Part shown: piece by piece, positions 1-12,688 of the stretch | Position numbering within the stretch: position 1 is the first letter of the stretch | How the letters are laid out: each line of letters begins with the position of its first letter | Source of the DNA: Nymphaea colorata | Taxonomy: Eukaryota | Reading direction: 5' to 3' | NCBI RefSeq assembly: GCF_008831285.2 | Contig: NC_045138.2 | Location: 15,562,001 to 15,626,000, forward strand | DNA: 64,000 nucleotides | Program-made: the position numbers and the translations under genes | Notes under the pieces: generated by a model | Told to the model about the DNA's origin: nothing | The model's input: the letters and a program-made list of their open reading frames with translations, nothing else | Databases searched by the model: none

Positions 1-3000
1 ACCTTTTTTGCTTCTGCATCATTGTAGAGCAATGAAAGATAAAGAACTCATTAACAACAAAACCTTGATGACCTATATAGTTAAAAACTTAAAATTTTCC
101 AGACACAGTATCAGTTCAGGAATGAAGCATACACTTTTGTTGCTTCTGCAAAGCGAGGAGTTGCTTCAAAATAATTAACATAACTTGCCATAACCACTGG
201 GTTTTGCTGTGACCAGAACCATTCACTTGCCACTTGGTCCTTCCCAGAAAGTTCTTTTGTAATTACACTCTCCAAAGGAGCAGACTGTCTCAACAAACTG
301 CACACAAATTCTAAGACCAATCAACCAACTGTAACTTCTAGTTATTCTAGACTAGGGACAGATAAATGTGCAAAATGTATAACATAAAAGTATAGGCAAA
401 GTGGCAAAAAAATCACACATACTTTACAGAATCTAGTATTATTCAGAAAAAACTGGCTCACCATACCCATAGTGTCTCTTAGGCTATGTTTGAAAGCCTC
501 AAATCTAAGTTCCAAGGTGATTTGGGAACCATGCAGATCTAAGATCTGCGCATCTGTGGTCCAAAACATACCCCAACCACAGAGACACAGTTTCTGCATT
601 CACCGTAGATGGGAAAACCGTAGATCAAAAATCCATTGATTGTTTGAGTTATGGATTGCACAGCAGCACGGATCTCAAATCACATTGGGTCTTATATCCA
701 AGGATATCAAACTCAAACTTAGGGTAACAAGCAGCTCTAGAATCTGCCTCGCTGAACGAATAAAATGAAGTCACAGGGAATGAAAACAAAGCAATTCTAA
801 AAGCCTAACATTTTCATCCTCCTCTGTTCTCGTAAGAAAAAGTATGACATATTTAGTTATACATGAGGAAGTATATAGAACAGCACAGATCAGCTCTAGA
901 TAATGCATAGGAGGAATTTCCAGTTTGACTCCCATATTGCATTTACTGTACACATATATACATATGTGTGATTGTGTGTCTATTTCTATATATGTATATG
1001 CCACATAAATATATAATAAATGTGTGTTGCATTTGAATTTTATAATAATTGACAAATCATTGCATCCACTGCTGCATCCATCTGAAATAGTTGCAAATAC
1101 ATAGATAAGAATGTCAATGTATTTTGTGTTCAAGAATGTTAACCACTGCGACAGTGGAATTTGAACAACTTATAAGATATTCATGATGGAAACTAAAGAA
1201 TGTTGTGAGAAGCATGCGAGTCTGGGACACTACATTGACAAAACAAATAAAGTATTTGTAGAGAATTTTTTAAATATCCAGGACATTCAAAAGGATCACA
1301 TGTCCAACATAGAGCAAGGAATTTGTCACTATGATCAGTAATTTCACCTTCAAGAACCAATGGCTTTAATTGGTAATACCATATTACCGGACTAAAAGGT
1401 CAGAAAAATAGTAAGTCTCAAGTTCTCAACTCCAGAAATTTGTTACAGAATAAACAACACGATGTTCAAGGGCTAACCACTTATAATCCGTGCATACCTC
1501 CTCTGAACAAACAAGTTAACATCTCTGTCCCTTCCATCTCCTCGAGACGCAATTTCACATGCTGCTTGCAGCAAAGAATGAACAGCAGCCTGGGAAAACA
1601 AGCCATCCAAATAATAAAAGAACCTTCCAGAGATTGATATCCAATCTTTTTCTCTCAAAAAGACATTCATTTGGCGGTAGAAAATTAAAGCAACAGTTTA
1701 TCAATCAGAAGCTTCAAAAAGACATTTCTCATTGTTGCCAGCCTACAGTTTCCAAACACAACTAACTAGCATCAACAAGAGGCTGAAATGAAATGTAAAC
1801 TGCATCCTTTCGTTGCCTCGCATTGAAGCTTCACATGCATAAATATGACAAGAAGCAGAAACAAAATGACATGAAAAAGTCAAAGCATGATGATCTTGTC
1901 ATTAGGCTTTGTTCTTTGTTATTCCATCATTCCCTTTCAATGGGCCTAGGGGCAGGCAATCGGCAGGAATTCCAGTGGACATCCTGGGCCAAGATTTTTG
2001 GGAAGAGACAGACAGTGATTGATTTAGCCCAGCTCCATGTTTTGAGGGCAGACACGGAATGCAATCCATTTGGCAATTCAGTAATTCCCTAAAACCACAT
2101 TCTCACTCTAAGAATCCAATCAGGAACAACATGGTTGAAAACCACCTCTCTTAATGTTGATGTACCAGTGAAAAGCCCTAGATACAATTAACGATCACTC
2201 TGCAGACAGTTTTTCACTAACAAGGAAAAAAAGGTAAAGGGTAACAATAAAATGCCTCATTTCCTCTAGCTTCACATTCTTTGGGGTCAAATGTAAATAA
2301 CACATAAATATTATCTCTTAACAAGTTTAATGTTCTGACCTGATATGAAAGACTCTTGATCCATGCATTTTTGTCTACACCAATCCATGCCTTTGAAAAC
2401 CAAGGAATGGTTGAGACAGGGCTATGTTCCTTAATAGCCAACTCAAAAACCCTTGCAGCATCATATATGGACTGAACCAGACCATCGCTAGAATCTTCGC
2501 CTTGCAATGATTGATTTAACTTTATCCGCATCTCTTCCATATCATCTCTGGGGTTTGCAGCAGAGGTTCCACTAACTGCTAAACCATCATCTGAAGGAGC
2601 AGATTGGAGCCACACAGGCATCCTTCTAGCCTTGGTAACACGTGAATATCGTCTACATGGCCCAACCATGCTACCAAAAAAACTCCCTGTATCAAATATA
2701 AGTGGCCCATGCTTCAAACAGCATCTCCACCTTCTTCCGTCCTTATGGTGAAAAGGACCATTCAGATGGAACAGTTCCTTGCAGATAAAATGTAAACCTG
2801 TCACCCTTGGTGCCATTTGAGGATTTGAACTACTGAAACCAGCAGAATGATGGAAACCAGTTAAAAAAAATGCAGATATCATCCTCATATCTAGAGACAT
2901 CTAGTGATATACTAAAGTAGTGCAGTTTATGACATCAACATGATCTAATGTTTTAGAACAAGCCTTCACTTTCCATTAAAGATGCACCTCTATTTCTCAA

Positions 3001-4810
3001 CTCTCAAGTTCTATACTTTATTTACAGGACATTTAGTTGTTTCTTGGAATTTTTTTTACCATGTATTGCTTTAAGATACGAAATAATGATAGCATTATCT
3101 CTCTTTACAGTAATAATGACCATGTTAAATTATATCAGCAAAATCTTGTCATTTAAGTTAATCCTGATATCCAATATATACTTTGGGCCAATGGTGAAAC
3201 TAAGATCATCTAGACTTCACTGCAATCATTGTTGATGCTAATACCTTTTTACCTTTCCTCCCTGTGAAACATAAGAGATGCATGATCTAACCAATTGTGA
3301 CAGGAGAAAGTGGTGCTGAACCTGCAATGAGAGGTTCTTCAAAAAAAAAATTTTTTTGTTTCTTTTAACATTTGAATATTTTATTTTGATTTTTTATCAA
3401 TTTTTTTTAAGAACACTAGTAGAAAGATCATAAATTCATAATGTTCTTTATTATTTCTACATAGTTTTCTATTTTCTGAATTCCAGAAATTTTTTTCAAC
3501 AAAACAAGCTTTCCAATCAACTCATGAAAAAACAAAAACAGTATTTATGACTATGTACGAAACTGAAATGAAAATTTTCTACCTGGAAAGATGGAAGATC
3601 AAGACCAGGGACCTGGTATTGTCCGTTGGTTTATATTCCAGAAGGTAAACAGGACAGACGTGAACAGAAAGCCAATCCACAAATGACCCTTACACATGAT
3701 GTCAGTTGGTTGGGAAGTCCTTCTCATCTACTGTTTCGCATGACATATATCAATCCTAGTTATCTACGGGCCTGTGACATGTAGAGAACTCTCGCAAATT
3801 TGAAATGATATCAAAAGGATTTGTGCTTAAATTGCGACCCATAACAAAGGAAACTGTGAGTTGACTCGTATTCTGGCTGACACAACCAAAAGTTCCCCAC
3901 CTAAACTTGCACGCAAACTTGGAACTGTTCAGTATCTCACTTAAAAGGCACCCTATCGAGGAAAGGATTTCAAACACACATATCATGTTTATGCTTAAGC
4001 TTGATGCTATTCCTTTATATTATTTTGTTACTCCAATTCCTAGAATGGACCTGTTGTTGTTGTTTTCTATCATCCTGACCGTAATAGTTCCTCCAAGATA
4101 ATCTTGCTTGCCCAGATAGCGATGAACTCTACTGGGTGCTAGCAATACTAGTTTTCCTCCCGCCAAAGCATGAGAGGGTTGTGGTTTCATCCAAGACGAT
4201 ATGTGTTGTTCCCTAACTCATCCTGGAAGCCATAGGTAATAGATCATTCTTTTTTCCGGCACAGCCGAATATCTTGTGACCATAATGTGGTGGTCTTTAC
4301 AGGCAATTCCTAGCTAAAACATTAGCAGCCTCTATTACTCCTCTCCTCCTCACTCCCGCACACTAATAAGCATCAACCCAACCACAATTAGTGTCCTTCT
4401 TCCTTTCCTACATTGCTCACAATACTCTAATCTTCTTTTCGTATGCACATCGAACACGTACCACATCCATAATTCCAGGAACCGCTTAATCACCGAATGC
4501 AGCCATTAATGTATCGGATGGACGTGAAAGAAAACTTATACCACCGCCCCTTAAATCGAAATCCTCGTTCGCGCGCGCCTAATTTCACAGGTCAAACTTC
4601 AAAAACGAGTAGAACTCATTGCCACAGAGAAGAAGAGTCTTCGTGTGGAGCGTCGAGAGGAGAATAATCAGTATCTTCCACCACGAGATTCGACAAGAAC
4701 AATGCATGAGACTATACGAGACTATACCGAAGCATCAACTGGCAGAGAAACAGAGAGAGGATGCGTTTATCGAACGCGAACCTGGCTCCGTAGCGCAACT
4801 TTAACGCCAT
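1..4810 (-). CDS. LETM1-like organellar protein (At3g11560/At5g06220-type), 5' part; the gene runs off the window start
   Basis: Minus-strand exons 4810-4782 (MALKLRYGA), 2832-2340 (SSNPQMAPR...LVQSIYDAARVFELAIKE...WIGVDKNAWIKSLSYQ), 1589-1498 (AAVHSLLQAACEIASRGDGRDRDVNLFVQR), 297-133 (SLLRQSAPLESVI...WFWSQQNP) and probably 13-<1. All introns are GT-AG and phases are consistent. The motifs match the N-terminal region of plant LETM1-like proteins as recalled; the LETM1 domain itself lies outside the window. Confidence 0.85.
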
Positions 4811-7476
4811 TGGAATTTTCGTTCCCTCGTCTTCTTCTTGTTTTTGCTTCTTGGTTCTGTCGATTGCTTGAGCACCGAATCCTCAAGGAGGGAGAGCGAC
4901 GGAGAGAAAAGAAAATGTTTTATCCGGGGTAACGGCAAGGAGTGCGTGTGGCGGAAGGCAGAGGGCGGGTTTCTGCTTCTGCGGCGAGAAAATTATCTGC
5001 CCGCCCTTCATTGTTGTCTTATATTTCAGCAACGCCATCACTTCAGAAAGAAGGCGGACTGTCTAGGGCCACCAAATCTAGCCTGACCCGAAACCTTTCT
5101 CCGTCGGTTTCCAGTTTTAGTCATCATTTCAACGTCTACTACAGATTTTGCAACTTAAGATGAAATTTTTTTTTTCTATATTACTTTATGAATAAAAGGT
5201 CGGATGAGATAGTTACTTTATGAAATTCTTTTCATATTTAAATCAATTTATGAATAATCTTAAATTTAAAATTGTGAAATTATGTTGTATTGTACTTCAT
5301 GGCCTTTGTTCTTGTATGTACTGAACCGAAGCTGTTCGTGATATCGCCAGACTATTTAGTGAGTGGTCGGATCAATTCGGCTCAGTCTACATCAGATGCT
5401 CCTAATTCAAGCCCCCCCCGGTTAGAAAGTTGGATCCAAACCAAACCCGACAGACTGAAGGTGGTGGCGACTCGGTTGGATTTGGACATGTAGGAGGGCA
5501 ATTAGGCCATTGCGGAGACGATAGACGTGGCTGGGTCGATGCCTCTATCTATGGGCATGGTGGTGTTTATGTGGACGACGTGGAAAGATCTGAGATCACA
5601 AATCCGGAAACCACCCGGTGGGTTGGGTTCACCCTATCTCTTGTTCCCATTCCAACGGCTTCTTTTTTCTTTTTTCTTTTTTCTTTTTTTTTCGTCAAAG
5701 TTCGTAAACGAAACACGCTGTTGGTCTTGCATGTGTCCCCCAAACATTCCTTGAATTTTGGGATTCAGTGTCCACAATGTAATAATTTCTCGTTTTTGTG
5801 CTTGACGCTTTGAGATTTTACAAGAAACGGTCCTACCAATATAATCTTAATGGGCGTGAATCTCGAACGGAAATTTTCTTACCAAATCTGATATCAGATT
5901 CCTACCAATTCCATATAATCTGGTAATGAAGTTGAATTCAATAAAAAACTAATGCACCAAATTCATGAAACACCGTGACATTGTGTTTCACGCATATGTT
6001 TCGATCTATTTTCATAACCAAACTGCATGCTCCTTAAGCGGTTTGATAGCATCAGAGCTGTGACCTGAACTTTCTCAAATCACTATTATCTGCATTGAGA
6101 CTGGGGAGAAGGATGGCTCTGCAAAAAATGGAGACTGGAAAGAAGGATGGCTTCCCCTCGCCTTGGAGAAAGGTATCCTTCTTCGGTGTGGTCCTTTATG
6201 ATTTCTGCAGATAAAAGATTGCTAATAGAAGACAGACTTTGCAGGTTTGGTATCTGTTCTCTGCTTTTTGTACATCTGTAATTACTTCATTTCTGGATAA
6301 TAAAACTCCAGTTGAGCTGCTGAAGAAAACTTTGAATTTCACAGTTGCGGGTTTCAGGTTTGCATTACGTTTTAAAATTCACGGATCTGTAGACTGAGAA
6401 GGGTGTTAGACACTAGACAGGAATGTTCAGCGAGAGAGTCGAGCCTGAGCTCAGCCAGCTCGAACTCGGCTCGACTCACATAAAGCTTGGCTCAAGTTCG
6501 AACCGAGCTTTATGAGGCAAGCTCGAGCTCGGCTAGTTTAAGCTTGTCGGTGAATAGTTGGTCTTCTTCAGTTTATGGAGAAAAAAAAAACAGGTGCAAG
6601 ATTATTCTACCGCGCTTCTATATAAAGAGTACTGAGGAAAATATTATTGCTCACATCAAAAATTGATTATACACTAATTCATATAACTTAACCTTGAAAC
6701 CAAAAAATTATTACCTGATTTAGGAGGAGCAGAGCTGATGTTCATCACCTCATAAGAGGAGGGGAGGGCTTACAACACCAGTGGAAGCACTACTCCTTGG
6801 GCTTCCAACACTGCCAAAATGTCTTGGCCTGGGATTCAATAAATTTTTAGGGAAGATGTCTGCAAGAAACCTCAACCAAGGGGAGAAAATCTTAGAAACA
6901 GAGGCATGTGATGAAGAACAAGAAGGGGAAACGAACGCCATTTCCTCCAAAGGGGAGAGAGATAGAGAAATGTTAAAGGCTTGAGAATTCTCAACCAGAA
7001 AATCGAAGCCCTAGAGAATGATGAGAAGCAGAGAAAGAAAGATTGGACTTGATGATGGCCCTTTTTTTTTTTTTCTTTAAATATGTTCATTTAGTTAAGT
7101 CCAAAATGCCAAGAGTTCAATGCCTGGAGGGCACCTCTCTCAGCATAAACTGATAGTAGTCTCCCTAATCCAGTTTGGTATCTTAAATGAAATTTGTTCT
7201 CATATGTTAAGTTTAGTTTTTGGGTGCCTTTATAATTATACTTATTTGTTCCTGACTTTGTAATATCACAGCTTTAATTGAACCTTCCATAAGTTTATTC
7301 TAATATGCAGATCTACCAACTGAAACATTCATTATAAGAATGAAACAGTATGTCCTGGTATGAACTTTGAATTTGAATCCATGGCTTTCACATATTAGTG
7401 ACTCGCATCTCTGTTATATATATATATATACACACACATAATTCACTGAATCTGCAGTCCAACAACACTGATGTAA

Positions 7477-7674
7477 GGGGGGTGTTTGATGGATTTAATA
7501 ATGAAAGTTCCAGAAACATAATTTCTCTTCAAACTGAAATAGAATAAAAAATTACAGGTTTCAGTTTCTTAATTCTAGAAACAAAATACCTCGTTTATTT
7601 AATAATTTCAATTTCTAAAAAATTGAGCATTTTGATTCTAAAATTCCATGATTCTTGGTATATCGAATGCCCCC
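7477..7674. mobile_element. Tourist/PIF-Harbinger-like MITE
   Basis: Imperfect terminal inverted repeats GGGGGTGTTTGAT...ATCGAATGCCCCC with an AT-rich interior, flanked by TAA and TAC. Confidence 0.5.
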
Positions 7675-8499
7675 TACTTAACTTCAGGGATTCAACAGAA
7701 TTCAGTTCACATCCAATTGCATAAAATTCAGTTTTATATTGTGATGTGTAGTAAACACCAGAAGCCCATTAAATTTGAGCTGTTTACATCCCTACGGTCT
7801 ATATCATATTTAATAAGTTGTCACATATATCTTCACCTTATTGTTAATAGCTTAATATTATTAGGTCCATTAAGTGGTCGGTGATCCCGTCAATAAAGGC
7901 ATCATATAAGTATGGATGTTAGTTTAGTCTTGATTTTTTGAAGTTGTTTAGCTAATGGAATGGTTACATACCATCTCCAAATTTATTTCAAAAATTATGA
8001 CAGATTCATAAACCAATAAAACCAATAGAACTTATGAGGTGGTCTATGAACCAAATCAAATGGCCCCTATAGTGATGGGAAGACAAATTCAACTTCACTT
8101 TCTTTTTTCATTTTTAGATTTTTTTTTAATTTGAAAAGATTTTAATGTGCATGATTTTATTTATATAGATAAATAATGGGAACCTGCTAAACGATGAACC
8201 GGTTACAACAAACAAGGAGGTGTTTGATGAATTTCGATATATATATATATATTGTAGGGGTGGTTGATGCACATTGGAGGGACTAACTCACAGACTCAGA
8301 GAGGAACTCTTTCCCGGTTTGCTTTTACCTGCTTCCTTACTGTTGCCTTTTTCCTTTCCTTCATTAAATGAACGAGGACATCTTCCCCGCTTCTTCTTCA
8401 CCAACCCCTTAAAAAACAAAATCATCACAAACACACACATCACAAACAAAATCATCACAAACACATGTTCTTGGTGGTGGTGTTTAGCAACTGAGCATT

Positions 8500-9350
8500 C
8501 TCTCATCACCCAATTCATTAGTTCCAAATTTGACATGTCTTCCCCTAGTGTTTGGAATAGTTCTATCTCACACACCTCCCCCTCTCACTTTTGGTGCGAC
8601 ATGCTTTTTGTCCTTCCTCTTTTCCTCCGCCTTGCTGACCTCTCATCGTCCGCGTCCCCATCCTGGCCTCTCTCACCTACCCGTGAGTTCACGTTTTCTT
8701 CCTGCTACCTGGCCTCCTTCGGTCCTTCTGTCGCGTCGCTCCCACCCCATTACCTTTGGTATCCTGGCCCCTCTCCTCGTGTCATTGCTTTTGTCTGGCT
8801 TCTTCTTACTGGTCATATCAATACTTTTGACCACCTCCAGCGCCTTGGCATCAGTTTGACTAACCAGTGTCTTTTCTGTCTTGTCGAGTATCGGGTTTAC
8901 ATTTTTACTTTTTGTTCTTTCTTCTTTAGTGTTCTTGCTTCTACATGGTCTTCTCTTGTTAGTAGTCTTTCAAACTCACCTTCTATTCGTCTCTTTTTAC
9001 TCTTTTGTCATTCCCCCCACCTGTCTGTTTCCTGGGGTCGTGTTTGGAGGTCATGGCTCATTTCAGCTTGGTGGTACATTTGAGAGGAGCGCAACAACAG
9101 GGTCTCCAGGAGCACCTTCTCTTCGCCAGATTTTGTCGCTCGTCTTGTGCAAGGGGATGTCCAATTTGCCATTCGGTTAAAGCGTCGCTGCCCATCTGCG
9201 GTTGGGTGACCTTCCTCTTTCACCCCGCCTCTCTTCTTTTTTCTGGGCACTGTATTTTATATTTTTCTTCTTGTTTCTGTTTTTGCGGTTTGTTTCGGTA
9301 TCTAGAGGATCTCTTGTCCCCAAATTTTGTTATATATTTTCATTGTATCG
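8500..9350 (+). mobile_element. 5'-truncated, degenerate L1-type LINE remnant (zf-RVT region and 3' end)
   Basis: ORF 8274-9083 contains LWYPGPSPRVIAFVWLLLTGHINTFDHLQRLGISLTNQCLFC, followed by WWYI*EERNNR. These are the zf-RVT and W-x-IW-x-ERN-x-R motifs of plant LINE ORF2 C-termini, with a premature stop replacing W. Boundaries are approximate. Confidence 0.8.
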
Positions 9351-9979
9351 GCTCTCTCTCTCTCTCTTTATATATATAATATATAATCAAAACATTAAGT
9401 TATTGGAAAGTTTATTCCAAATAAAATATATAAACATGTTAACACGTCTATGAAAAACCGTCTAACATAAAAACATGTTTTAGTTCAAGTTATGGATAGA
9501 AAACGTTTACTTTTCTTACTATCAAAGTTTTGATATTGTACGAACCATTCATTTCTTGATGATCACAAACACAATTTAAAGTAAATAACGATTGGCCTAG
9601 TATATAATTCATATTAAACCATTATTAAGATCACATTTAAGACTCTGACTTAAATGGTCCATACATATTGAAGGCCTTTTAAGTTTTTAAATATGTGGAA
9701 CTGAGTGCCTTTTAAAGCGTTACTAGCTTAATCCTTTTAACATTTTATAAAAAAAGGCTTCAGAAGCGGTTCATAGATGATAAGATCAAAGAAGCTGCTT
9801 CGAGCTAACTTCCTGCGTGAATCAAATCAATTTAGAGTCCTTTTCTACTTTAAAGATGAGGCGACTGCGAATTAAGAAAGTCCTCCCTCCCGGCCCATCT
9901 GCATTAATCTATAGATTAAGCGATCAAACTGCTTCTCTCTTTATGTCAATTTGTGTAGATATGCATTGCTTTCACATTA

Positions 9980-10093
<114 letters not shown>

Positions 10094-10325
10094 GCACAAA
10101 GAAAAGAAATGTCATTATTGGCTCATCAATATCAACCATTTCTTCGTTATCTTATTTGGGTGAGGAGGCGAGTGCGGATCTAAGTTATTCCGAGTCAACA
10201 AACTCTTCAAAGCTCTTGGGGCCTTTGCAGATTTTTCTAATGCACATTTATGCATACATGAGTTGTCCATTCATATGAAAAATTATGAGACATGCTAGGT
10301 AGTCCATTTAGGTGTTTGGTTGGAT

Positions 10326-10678
10326 GTGAGTTCGGTCCGGCCCGTAAGGAATTCGGTCCGGCCCGGCCCGATAAGGAATCGGGCTCGGGCCGGCCGGACA
10401 CTCGAAACTCAAGCTTGAGCTTGGCCCGATTATTAAAACTCAAGACCGAGACCGGCCTATTAAATTAAAAAATATATATTTTAATATAAAACAATATGTA
10501 AATGTAATTAATTGTAATAAAATAATTTGTATATATTAATAAAATAAATATTTCAAAAATTATCAAGCCCACCTGGGTTTATCGGCCCAACCCTTTTTCT
10601 AAGCCCACCTTTTTTTTTTGGGCTTGTGCCTGAGTCGAGCAGGGTACCCGCCAGCGGCCCAGCCAGGTGCCCAGCCTA
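10326..10678. mobile_element. Degenerate hAT-like MITE with GGCCCG/CGGGC subterminal repeats
   Basis: Clusters of GGCCCG/CCGGCCC motifs at both ends, an AT-rich core, and a right terminus GCCCAGCCTA. The left terminus and TSD are not recognisable. Confidence 0.5.
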
Positions 10679-12514
10679 AGTTGCACATGACCCTGCTCAT
10701 GCCCGAACTCATATTGAAAGGACTAGACCTAGCCTTGCCAGAGCTAGAGCAGCCCCTAAAGAGCTAAACCAAACGAGTCTTCAGTTAGATAACTCAGCCT
10801 CGCCGCCCAATTGAGTTATTATGATGAATAAAATACTTTATTATATTATTTTTAAAAAATTAATCAGTTTATTTAATTATACTTAATCAGAAAATTCTAG
10901 TTGAAGTAAAAAAAAAAAAAAAAGACGGATTCGACTCGTTAGTTCAGCCTTAAAGTTGGATATATACCCTAAAGATTGAAACAAGTTCATGATAAAACTT
11001 GGTTCTTGGTGGCCTTGTGCCCGGACGTTGGTTCTTATGAGAACAATACATTCTCATAAATGTGTGTTACTGGTACCAAACACGATCTAAATGCGGGTTG
11101 CAATTGGAATTGATGATCATTCAAAGACGATGACTCTTAGGAGTGATGGATCATCGCGGTCCTTCAATGCAGCAAGGACCATTCATTCAAACGGTGAGAT
11201 CAAGGACCATTTAGAGCCAATCATGATTTAAAAATTGGGGCCATGTTCATTGGAACTGTGCTTCTTTAATTAATTGCTGTTAGACTGAGCACAGGATGTG
11301 GGATAATTAAGACATTCAATCCACTGGCATCATTTGTCTCGCCTTTGACAAGGGCTATTCAGAGATCACAAGTTCCCTAATGCTTAGAATTATGGTAACA
11401 TGTCAAACAGGTCAAATGTCCTACAGCAAAAATTAACTTCATCGAATATGGCATTTTCGGTCAGGTACACTATAGGCAATAAAAATGGTCCACTTAATCG
11501 CCAATCAATGTTGTTGTCTAACTTAAGCTTGTGAAAAGTGACGTTTGAATTTCAATGTGGCGTCATTAAGCGGACAAAGCAATTATTTTGATTTTTGATG
11601 GCACCCAGGTCTGGTGCGGCTGTCCTAGACCTAAATCCACATACTTTCAACCACTAATTTAATCATAAAGTGGGCTTTGTGGTGCCCCACGAACCTCCCA
11701 ACTATCTATAACCACAGCTGAGTTTGTTTGACTGTTTGAATTGTTTCGACCACCGTCGAAGAGGAAGTGCGAATAAGTGGTCTTGACTGCACGTGTTTGT
11801 CCTTGAGTCTGGAAATCATGTTTAATTTGTGCATAAATATTTTATGGTTCAAATTTGCCATCTCCTGCAACCATTCATTTTTTTCGTGGTTTGATAAACC
11901 CATAATTCAAACTCGAATCGGTGGAAGACTGGGACCCTGGGTCGGAGAATCGATCACAAATTTTAATAGTACCTTTTTTTCTATAAATAGATGAAAAGGA
12001 TAAGTCTGTTGATATTATGAGTATTTATATGTACTTAATAAAGTTTGTGATATTTCACAAATCAAAAAATAACAAACTTTAGTATTCAACAACACACGAT
12101 TAAAAAAAAAATCACATGTAATTAGTTAAAGATCTCAGCTAACTCGGCGAACCCTGACTGGTGAACTATTAAATGATATTCCTAGCGGACTCGGGCAGCT
12201 CGAGACTTGGATCAATGAGTTTGCCAACTATGGTTTGTAGAGAGAGAGAGAGAGAGAGAGAGATTCTTGATATTTTTAATTAGATATTTCATTTTTTCCA
12301 TTTTTTAATATTTCTATACAATCACATATACGAAAAAAGTAAAACAAGATAAAGGTCCATATGAAACATTAATTTGACTCATCTCATGAAAAATTTTTGT
12401 TCCTTTCCTGCAACCAATGGCCTGTAAAACATGTATTTCAGTCTATATGATAATTGATTCTCAAAGTATGAAAATGACTCATATAATAAGTACTAGAGAA
12501 CGACTTGTGATCAC

Positions 12515-12688
12515 CAAGGGCGGAGGGGGGGCACCTAGGTCATAGCCCCACTCCAGCAAACTGAAAAAAAAAATACATTGAAAAAATTGAAATGTTTTTA
12601 GTTGTTCATTGTTTGAATTCGTGTTCAGTTTTGTTCCACCCGAATCCTCTTTAGTCGCCCATGAAAAAAATCTTGGCTTCGCTCCTTC
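12515..12688. mobile_element. hAT-type MITE with 8-bp TSD GTGATCAC
   Basis: GTGATCAC occurs at 12507-12514 and 12689-12696, with imperfect TIRs CAAGGGCGGAG / CTTCGCTCCTTC. The interior is homologous to the reverse-oriented copy at 42889-43081. Confidence 0.8.

Noticed and set aside
2217..2900. 227-aa ORF taken as a complete gene
   Set aside because: It is exon 2 of the LETM1-like gene plus intronic read-through on both sides; the better start is the 29-nt exon at 4810-4782.
8274..9083. 269-aa ORF as a host gene
   Set aside because: It has a non-ATG start and zf-RVT motifs with a premature stop, so it is a LINE remnant.
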